A stretch of DNA of 14,409 nt, taken from Promethearchaeota archaeon. GTDB taxonomy: Archaea; Asgardarchaeota; Odinarchaeia; Odinarchaeales; JBHLKK01. Positions within the stretch are counted from its first letter, which is position 1. The number at the start of each line of letters is the position of its first letter. Positions 8,137 to 14,409 of the stretch are shown piece after piece. The stretch is taken from NCBI GenBank assembly GCA_048939465.1, contig JBHLPL010000046.1, positions 1 to 14,409 of the forward strand. Reading direction: 5' to 3'. The notes beneath the pieces were generated by a model. The model did not search any database. It saw only the letters and a list, made by a program, of their open reading frames with translations, and was not told the origin of the DNA. A program made the translations under genes and the position numbers.

Positions 8137-8202
8137 TCATGATTTACGAACGAAGAGTTTATAAGAATAAGGAAATAAATCGTCTTCGGTATTCAATCAT
8201 GA
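8137..8202. promoter_or_regulatory. Divergent overlapping promoters framed by an imperfect 20-bp inverted repeat
   Basis: Arms 8137-8156 (TCATGATT-tacgaa-CGAAGA) and the reverse complement of 8183-8202 (TCATGATT-gaatac-CGAAGA). Each arm ends in a purine-rich BRE-like hexamer followed by a TATA-like box (TTTATAAG + 8158-8165; ATTTATTT - 8180-8173). Confidence 0.55.
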
Positions 8203-8227
8203 ATCCCCTAATCGTTGGGTGAGATGC

Positions 8228-8884
8228 GTGACAATAAATCCAGAAACAACAAGAAATCAAGAGAGACAAGCTCTGTACACATCTCAAGACCATGTGAGGC
8301 TTGTGTTAATGGCAATAAAGGAATTCGGCCTCCTCATCGATGATTGGATCAGCAGAGGAATAGACGAAGCAAAAGAAAGAATAGGCAGGATTTCTGAGTT
8401 GGAGCAAGAGGCAAATAGCATCAAATGGTCTTTGCTAAGTCAGCTGTCACAATCGACCACTCTTCTTCAGCGAGAAGATTTAATGAGACTGGTAATGTCT
8501 GTGGATCGAATTGCTGACATTGTGGAGGGAGCAGGATTTCGTGTGATAGCGCTAGGCCCTCAGGTGCCTCCAGATGATGTTTGCAATGGCATTAAATCCA
8601 TGGTAGATGTACTAATCAAGTCGGCTGAAAGCCTGAGAGAATCCATATTCATACTAAGCCAAAATGCAGACAGGGCGACATATGTCGCCAAAAAGGTGGA
8701 TGAGGCCGAAGAGGAGGTAGACGTTATCCAGAGGCGACTCATTCAGGAAAATTATGATGCTATCAAAGACATAAAATTATTGCTCAAGACCAATGCGTTA
8801 ATCTATGAGATAGAGGACACTACCGATCGAATTAAAGATGCGGCAGATGCAGTTAGAGTGCTTTCGATGGCCTTGCGCACTTAG
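8228..8884 (+). CDS. DUF47 / PhoU-like phosphate transport regulator family protein
   Basis: Helical protein with ISELEQEANSIK, LLQREDLMRLVMSVDRIADIVEG, EEEVDVIQR and EIEDTTDRIKDAAD. GTG 8228 preferred over track start 8219 (SD GGGTGAG 8217-8223). Confidence 0.88.
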   Translation: MTINPETTRNQERQALYTSQDHVRLVLMAIKEFGLLIDDWISRGIDEAKERIGRISELEQEANSIKWSLLSQLSQSTTLLQREDLMRLVMSVDRIADIVEGAGFRVIALGPQVPPDDVCNGIKSMVDVLIKSAESLRESIFILSQNADRATYVAKKVDEAEEEVDVIQRRLIQENYDAIKDIKLLLKTNALIYEIEDTTDRIKDAADAVRVLSMALRT

Positions 8885-8953
8885 CCCATCTACTCTCATG
8901 CATCAGACGTTGTTTTTGGCAGGTGAATACTGAAGAAAAGAGAAGAATCAAGG

Positions 8954-9568
8954 ATGACTAGCATGGAAGAGACTCAAGGGCGCTCGGGAAAGACGGAGGA
9001 AGAGAAGGAGACTGTGGAGATTCCAATAAAGGCTGAGTTGGTCAAGAACAGTGTTGTAGTATGGGATCCAATAGCGGGATCATCCCTCTATAAACACGGT
9101 TTCTACGGAAAACCTGTAGGCATAAGAAAGCCAAAGATACCGGAATTCAACCGTCCGCTTGAGTTGTCCCTCCTTGAGGCCACCTACCTGCTTGAAAAGA
9201 AGAGAATAACATTGACTGATATGAAAACTGGCTCGTCGATGAACATAAAGAAGCTTATGAAAAAGGCTGAGGAATTACACGATCAATTTAATGACAAATA
9301 TGCTGTTTATAAGGACCTTAGGAACCGCGGACACATTGTTAGGCCGGGGCTGAAATTTGGCGCTGATTTTGGGGTTTATGAACACGGTCCAGGTATAGAT
9401 CATTCTCCATTTATTGTCCACGTACTATCCAAAGGTAGCAAGATTGCTGCAATAGAAATGGTGCGTGCTGGAAGACTGGCAACAACTGTTCGAAAGAAGT
9501 TCATAGTGGCCACCATCTCCACTACTGGCGAACCCAGATATTACGCCTTCACATGGTTTAAACCATGA
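8954..9568 (+). CDS. endA: tRNA-splicing (intron) endonuclease, catalytic subunit
   Basis: LELSLLEATYL, VYKDLRNRGHIVRPGLKFGADFGVYEHGPGIDHS, RLATTVRKK. Catalytic Tyr, His and Lys are all present. Confidence 0.96.
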   Translation: MTSMEETQGRSGKTEEEKETVEIPIKAELVKNSVVVWDPIAGSSLYKHGFYGKPVGIRKPKIPEFNRPLELSLLEATYLLEKKRITLTDMKTGSSMNIKKLMKKAEELHDQFNDKYAVYKDLRNRGHIVRPGLKFGADFGVYEHGPGIDHSPFIVHVLSKGSKIAAIEMVRAGRLATTVRKKFIVATISTTGEPRYYAFTWFKP

Positions 9569-9640
9569 TTACTTAGGTCCGAATAATGTTTTTAAGCATA
9601 TTTCAGAATAATCCTGATAGTGAGAGTCGGAGGAATTTGC

Positions 9641-9949
9641 TTGTCCGAAAATATACAGAGGATCTGCAGTTTCCTTGAAAAAGCATGGGGTACTACTTCC
9701 ATAATTGCCGTTACAGCAGATTATGTGTACTGTCTTTCCTTTGATTCCGAAGAAGGTGTGTGGAAAGAAGCATCTTATATGTTTAAAGAGAAGGATCTTC
9801 AAATGCGCAATCTTTCTCCGGATAGGGCTTTGCTGTACCTGATCGAAGAACTGACTAAAGGAATATCTCAATATGCGAAACCTCTAAGCGAAGTTATTAT
9901 AACGGAAAAGGCAAAGCTAGACGAGTTGATCGGCAAAATAAAGCAGTGA
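9641..9949 (+). CDS. Hypothetical protein (102 aa)
   Basis: Protein-like composition; TTG 9641 follows SD GGAGG (track start 9620); TATA-like TTTTTAAG at about 9589-9596; fills the gap between endA and the next gene. Confidence 0.75.
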   Translation: MSENIQRICSFLEKAWGTTSIIAVTADYVYCLSFDSEEGVWKEASYMFKEKDLQMRNLSPDRALLYLIEELTKGISQYAKPLSEVIITEKAKLDELIGKIKQ

Positions 9950-10036
9950 GAATACAGACAAACTGCAAAAAATGTCAAAGTTTATCAATTGGTTTCTTCA
10001 AATTCTTAATGAAACTCTTATGGAAGAGGCATAGCA

Positions 10037-10774
10037 ATGGACGAAATAGTATGCCCGAATTGCGGAAGAGCGGTTCCCCAATTCCACAAGTTCTGCCAGT
10101 ACTGTGGTGCAGCTCTCCCTCAAGATCCTGTCCTGTCCTTATTGAGACCTCCGGACTACGGAGAATTCCTTCCGGAAAAAATAAGGGAGCAGCTAGAATT
10201 CCGGGGACAACTAGCTGAGCTAAAAGATGAGAAGTATAAATGCTATGAGAGAGTCAAAAGACTCGAAAGAGATCTTTCTGGCGGTAAGAAGTCATTACCC
10301 GAAATCGAGACCGAGCTTAAGAAATTGAAAGAGCGTATAAAGAAGATTAAAGCTGCTGAGAAAAATCTAACCGAATCAATTGAGAAGCTTCCATTTGAGG
10401 AGATGCTTAATCGAAAGAAAACCATTAAGGAACGCATGAAGAAACTCGACGAGATTCTTGAGGCTGGAAGAATAACTGAAGATGTCTATCACAAATTAAG
10501 AAGAGAATTCAAAACAGAACTGGAGGTTGTGGAGGGGCAATTCTCTGATTATGATAATCAGATTAAGCATTGGCTGAGTAAATTCAAGTCAGACATAAAG
10601 GAAAGCAAAGACGAGCTGAATGTTTTATACGCGAGATACGAAATTGGTCAAATAAGTGAAAAGGATTATTCTAAAAAGAAAGACGAATTAGAAAAGGAAT
10701 TGAAAAGCGCAAAGCGATGTTTTTCTATATTAAAATCCGAGTCATCAGTTCTCAAACCGAGCAAAAACAAATGA
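10037..10774 (+). CDS. Zinc-ribbon + CdvA-like coiled-coil protein
   Basis: N-terminal CPNCG..FCQYCG; long K/E-rich coiled coil with LEAGRITEDVY (G144) and YEIGQISEKDY (G204) motifs 60 aa apart, resembling the CdvA C-terminal helical domain. Confidence 0.85.
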   Translation: MDEIVCPNCGRAVPQFHKFCQYCGAALPQDPVLSLLRPPDYGEFLPEKIREQLEFRGQLAELKDEKYKCYERVKRLERDLSGGKKSLPEIETELKKLKERIKKIKAAEKNLTESIEKLPFEEMLNRKKTIKERMKKLDEILEAGRITEDVYHKLRREFKTELEVVEGQFSDYDNQIKHWLSKFKSDIKESKDELNVLYARYEIGQISEKDYSKKKDELEKELKSAKRCFSILKSESSVLKPSKNK

Positions 10775-10798
10775 GTTTTTATAGAGAGTTGATGAGAC

Positions 10799-11122
10799 TT
10801 GCCCGTCGTCTCTTCTAAAAAAATCTGCACTCCAACGTGTAAATTCTTTAAGTGTGCACAGCACGCGATTACAATAAGAGAGGGTAGAAGAGAAGAACAG
10901 ACTATCGCGTGCCGGTTCATACCTGGGGAAGATCTCTGTCAAGGTCCGAAGTGTAATTTTGCATATTGCGTGAAACGAAAGCTTAGGCCCGATTTGACAT
11001 GCGGTCTCAGTCTGCCCAAGGAGAAACCTCTACATGTAGAAAAAAAGGAAGAATGGAGGAAACCAATACCTATTAAGGGAAAGGTCTTGAAACGAATAAA
11101 GGAAGAAGATCTTTACTATTAG
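10799..11122 (+). CDS. Small Cys-rich (8 Cys) putative metal-binding protein with a basic C-terminal tail
   Basis: Cys at 10, 14, 19, 38, 47, 52, 57 and 68 (CxPxCxFFxC...CxGxxCxFAYCxKRxLxPDxxC). Resembles a conserved uncharacterised Crenarchaeota/Bathyarchaeia family as recalled. TTG start. Confidence 0.8.
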   Translation: MPVVSSKKICTPTCKFFKCAQHAITIREGRREEQTIACRFIPGEDLCQGPKCNFAYCVKRKLRPDLTCGLSLPKEKPLHVEKKEEWRKPIPIKGKVLKRIKEEDLYY

Positions 11123-11170
11123 TAACTTCTCGTTTTCGAAATTCAAGCCCTAACCTCAAGGGACTAACGC

Positions 11171-11184
11171 ATTTGCCGGCAAAT
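11171..11184. repeat. Perfect 14-bp palindrome ATTTGCCGGCAAAT
   Basis: Read directly; intergenic, about 100 nt upstream of the 47-aa ORF. Confidence 0.85.
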
Positions 11185-11288
11185 ACTCTTGGTCAAAATC
11201 CAAAATTCATATTGGCAGTCATACCAAACGCTAAAATACTATAACTTGTTATACCTCCAGCCAATCAAACGAGGAGAACGTAAGAGTG

Positions 11289-11432
11289 ATGAGACCGCAA
11301 GTTATTGCTGTAATTGTTCTCTCCATTGGATTAGCTCTAATTGCTGCAGGTCTTACTCTGGGACAGCAATCCATAATAGACGCATTAATGAGAGTTTTTA
11401 ATGCAGAGATACTTGCGGGAGTTCCTTGGTGA
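11289..11432 (+). CDS. 47-aa single-TM membrane peptide (MRPQVIAVIVLSIGLALIAAGLTLGQQSIIDALMRVFNAEILAGVPW); not in the ORF track
   Basis: Manual translation; clean hydrophobic helix; its TGA forms part of the GGTGA SD of the next gene (translational coupling); position and shape match the small peptides that precede this 4Fe-4S family. Confidence 0.75.
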   Translation: MRPQVIAVIVLSIGLALIAAGLTLGQQSIIDALMRVFNAEILAGVPW

Positions 11433-11438
11433 GAATGT

Positions 11439-12317
11439 ATGGCATCAAGAAGACCTTCCAAAATCAGGGTTGTCAGATTTGCGACTCAATTAACATCATT
11501 CATATTGCTAAATGCGGCTCTTATAGGTGTTGTTTTTAACCTTGTGGTACCGTTCTTGCATCCTTTCTCGTCCCCTTTAACCAATGCAGGAGGGGCTTTT
11601 GAACTGCTGCTGAAGCTTTCAGTTGACCTTGTCTTTCCTTTCATTCCTCTGGCTGTCTTTCTAATAATTGCAGCTGTTTTTGGGCGGGCTTTCTGCGGCT
11701 GGGCCTGTCCATTTGGCTTTATTCAGGATTTGATTGGAATGATCCCAACTAAAAAACGTAATCCGTCCAAAAAGACTGAAAAAAGCCTTTCTGAAATAAA
11801 ATTCGTTATACTTGGGATTTTGATAATTCTTACCATCTGGGTAGTTATCTCCAAAATTCAGGGAGCTGAGGCCATAATTCTCCAAGCTCTTGGACCTTTC
11901 GCAGAAAGTCCTTTTGAGCCCCTCTCTCCCGTAACGACGCTCTTTTCCTTAATCCCTTGGATGATAATTCAAGGAACCATTGCTGAAATACTCTCAGGGA
12001 ACATTTTGCTTTGGATGCGGCTTGTGATTTTGGCAGGAGTTCTTATTCTGGTACTTTATGTCCCTCGTGCTTGGTGCAGGTGGTTCTGCCCCGCTGGAGC
12101 TATTCTAGGGATATTTAGCAAGAACAGTTTCTTAGGAATAAAAAGAAAGATCACTAAATGCACGACTGAGAAATGCAGGAGAGAGTGCGAAGCTAAGTGT
12201 CCCATGGCCATAAGAATAATCCAAGAACCCTGGAAGAGAATACGCCATCATAATTGCATACTATGTCTTAACTGTAAAGCATGTCCGGAAGATGCAATCG
12301 AGATGGCTGCACCATAG
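11439..12317 (+). CDS. Membrane 4Fe-4S binding protein (NapH/MauN/FixG-like polyferredoxin)
   Basis: Multi-TM protein with two CxxxCP motifs (GRAFCGWACPFG, RAWCRWFCPAG) and a C-terminal ferredoxin-like pair (CTTEKCRRECEAKCP, CILCLNCKACP). Confidence 0.9.
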   Translation: MASRRPSKIRVVRFATQLTSFILLNAALIGVVFNLVVPFLHPFSSPLTNAGGAFELLLKLSVDLVFPFIPLAVFLIIAAVFGRAFCGWACPFGFIQDLIGMIPTKKRNPSKKTEKSLSEIKFVILGILIILTIWVVISKIQGAEAIILQALGPFAESPFEPLSPVTTLFSLIPWMIIQGTIAEILSGNILLWMRLVILAGVLILVLYVPRAWCRWFCPAGAILGIFSKNSFLGIKRKITKCTTEKCRRECEAKCPMAIRIIQEPWKRIRHHNCILCLNCKACPEDAIEMAAP

Positions 12318-12321
12318 CAGG

Positions 12322-13395
12322 CTATAGAGCTTTCATCACCTGTTCGTGATAGTGCGGTCCGTAGCTTAAAACGATCTGGTGAAAGCTTCTTTTTGGAACA
12401 GAGACTTTTTCTAAGCTCCCCTCTACAAGAACTCTTTCTCCAGTTCTGGCCTGCATTCTAAATTCCTCGACAAAAGAGACTATTCGAATTATGCTTCCTG
12501 ACCCGATCCCACTTAGAGTCCTCTCTACCTCAATTGGATAGATTGATGGCATGAAATAAGATTGGTCTTCGGCCAAGATTTTGGCAATGCACCTAACCCG
12601 CCCTACTTTTTCGATTGACATACTCTTCGGTTCTCTTTCGATTTCATTCCAATTTCGTATGGGCTCAAATTCAACCTTTATCTGTCTTCCGAGTGATTTG
12701 GAATTATATATTGCCCATATCAGTTTTCTTTTTTCATGCCACACGTATTCTTCGGGGGAATAATTCTTAAACATCCAGTGGCTGCTTGAACTGGGCTTTG
12801 CAGGACCTCCAAACTCATTTCTCAGATTAGATCCCTTTTCAGCATAGAAATCTTTCAACACTTCCAGAAGCGCATTAAGTCCTTTTCTTCCGTAGATAAC
12901 GAAATCCAAATCGCTGTATAAAACATGATAAAAATTATGCAAAATCGAACCAAAAACGCCAAAGTCTGTACTTCTGAGATTAGATCGATCAAAAATCATA
13001 TCAAGCAATTCAACCCCGGAGCTGACGAGTAGATCTCTTTCGTTTCCCATTAGCAGTTCTTGGAGCTTATCATTTGGTCTTCTCAACTCTGAAATCTGAT
13101 CTTCTTTAATTCCAACAATATATTTCTGTAGGGGGCCGTAATAGACCTGATATTGAGGATAACTGTCCTTTATGAATTGAAGCCCTTCATCGGAATAAAA
13201 CTTGTAGTAAATACTTCCCGATTTCCGGTCTTTTCTAAGAGCTCGCGTATCATCACTACGGTAAATTCGTTCACTTGCATACTCTGCATCGCATATGGCC
13301 GCGTTTGGCGGGTGGGAGTAACCGTATACTCGAAGAATTATGCCCTCTTTCGTGACCGGAGCATCTCTATCCCTTAGTCCAGGATTTCTGGCCAA
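12322..13395 (-). CDS. COG1665-like predicted nucleotidyltransferase (Pol-beta superfamily) with a C-terminal OB-like domain, paralogue B
   Basis: GVFGSILH...YSDLDFVIYG NTase motif; N-terminal LRDRD..VTKEG..LRVYGYSHP; TTG start with SD GGAGG; overlaps the upstream gene by 22 nt. Confidence 0.85.
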   Translation of the reverse strand: MARNPGLRDRDAPVTKEGIILRVYGYSHPPNAAICDAEYASERIYRSDDTRALRKDRKSGSIYYKFYSDEGLQFIKDSYPQYQVYYGPLQKYIVGIKEDQISELRRPNDKLQELLMGNERDLLVSSGVELLDMIFDRSNLRSTDFGVFGSILHNFYHVLYSDLDFVIYGRKGLNALLEVLKDFYAEKGSNLRNEFGGPAKPSSSSHWMFKNYSPEEYVWHEKRKLIWAIYNSKSLGRQIKVEFEPIRNWNEIEREPKSMSIEKVGRVRCIAKILAEDQSYFMPSIYPIEVERTLSGIGSGSIIRIVSFVEEFRMQARTGERVLVEGSLEKVSVPKRSFHQIVLSYGPHYHEQVMKAL

Positions 13396-14381
13396 ATATA
13401 TTCCTCCCCGAGGCTCGAACCTACAACCACTCTATATGTTATCTCCTTGCCTTCTGCTCTTTCCAACATTCCTTGAACCTCTATTCTATCTCCTGCTCCA
13501 GCAATATCTCTATATTCTCCTATCATCGAGACCACGGTTTTCGGTATATTTTCAATTTCAGATGACCTATTAAGGGGGATGTAATCCTCAATATAATATT
13601 TCGCAGGTCTAAACATGGCCTCATTGGCATTGATGACTCTGCACGAGAATTTCAGGGTTTTCATTGGTCTGTACAAAGTGGCACCGTACTGGCCGGAGAT
13701 TTCCTCGATTTTGCGAGTTGCATTGAATACAAATTCTTTTTCCTCATAGAATCCTCTATTGCATCGAATTCTTTCAATCGGACTGTTCCTGGACAGAACA
13801 ACAGACCCCTCCTCCTCCAGCTCGGTTACAGACTTCTTCACTTTTCCGAAACTCTTCGCTCCGTAAACTGATATATCGATATCGCTCTTCTCAGTATGCA
13901 TGCCCAAGGATATCGAGCCATGAATCCCAAAATCCTCAATACTTACTCCTGATTCGCCAGATAATAGCTCGATGAGATCGATAGCCTTTCGTTCCAGAGG
14001 GTCAAAGGTCCTTTTATTCATCAGATATTTAAGGCGTTGAGACGGGAAAAAGACCTTTTTTATGAGGTCTCTGGGAACTACAATTACTGGTTTCCCTATG
14101 ACATCATCTTCATACGAATACCTGGGAGATATGTTTTTCAGCCCCTCAATTACTTCCGAATATGTTTTGGGGGAATACAACTCTGAAGGTCTGGTGAGAG
14201 GTATTCCCTGAAAATTCCACTTATATTTCAGCCATGAAATCCTAAAATACTCTTTATACTTATTTGGAACGTACTTCAGAAAAGCTATTGTGTTTGCTTG
14301 CGGGTGCACATACCCGAAAGCGTAGAAAATAAGATTATGCTTCGAGACTATTGCATCCCCGTCTCTTATTAATTCCGTCAA
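13374..14381 (-). CDS. COG1665-like predicted nucleotidyltransferase with a C-terminal OB-like domain, paralogue A
   Basis: GIHGSISLG...SDIDISVYG motif; N-terminal IRDGD..IFYAFGYVHP..IAFLKY; C-terminal GDRIEVQGMLE; TTG start with SD GGGGAG. Confidence 0.85.
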   Translation of the reverse strand: MTELIRDGDAIVSKHNLIFYAFGYVHPQANTIAFLKYVPNKYKEYFRISWLKYKWNFQGIPLTRPSELYSPKTYSEVIEGLKNISPRYSYEDDVIGKPVIVVPRDLIKKVFFPSQRLKYLMNKRTFDPLERKAIDLIELLSGESGVSIEDFGIHGSISLGMHTEKSDIDISVYGAKSFGKVKKSVTELEEEGSVVLSRNSPIERIRCNRGFYEEKEFVFNATRKIEEISGQYGATLYRPMKTLKFSCRVINANEAMFRPAKYYIEDYIPLNRSSEIENIPKTVVSMIGEYRDIAGAGDRIEVQGMLERAEGKEITYRVVVGSSLGEEYIWPEILD

Positions 14382-14409
14382 TTCTGTCTCCCCTAAGTCA
14401 ATGTCTCAA

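Noticed and set aside
9569-10218. ORFs 9569-9871 (-) and 9946-10218 (+)
   Set aside because: They overlap better-supported genes (9641-9949 and 10037-10774) and lack coding features.
11189-11461. ORFs 11189-11401 (+) and 11249-11461 (-)
   Set aside because: Out-of-frame or antisense to the 47-aa TM ORF, which fits the operon context far better.
1-14409. CRISPR arrays, tRNA/rRNA genes, transposases, integrases
   Set aside because: No regularly spaced repeats, T-loop/CCA tRNA signatures or mobile-element motifs were seen by eye; a covariance-model scan would be needed to exclude small RNAs.

Overview
Archaeal chromosomal window, most likely TACK/Asgard-type. This is inferred from GGTGA/GGAGG Shine-Dalgarno sites, many TTG starts, a tRNA-splicing endonuclease with a crenarchaeal-type loop and a CdvA-like protein. 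Left to right: a 3'-truncated SERCA-like Ca2+ P-type ATPase (-); a methanogen-type seryl-tRNA synthetase (-) preceded by a doubtful Ser-rich ORF; a divergent pair of hypothetical genes (possible degenerate kinase-like fold, -; possible tandem PH-like domains, +); a single-ORF fusion of BacA/UppP polyprenyl-diphosphatase to a DedA/VTT domain (-), divergent from a DUF47/PhoU-like gene across a symmetric promoter region; endA; a small hypothetical gene; a Zn-ribbon + CdvA-like coiled-coil protein; an 8-Cys small protein; a 47-aa membrane peptide missing from the ORF track plus a membrane 4Fe-4S protein, both apparently lacking Cys motifs found in homologues; and a tandem pair of COG1665-like nucleotidyltransferases (-). 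No rRNA, tRNA, CRISPR array or mobile element was seen. The best candidate for a new system is the UppP-DedA fusion (lipid-carrier dephosphorylation plus flipping in one chain). All family assignments come from motif recognition and recall, not from database searches.
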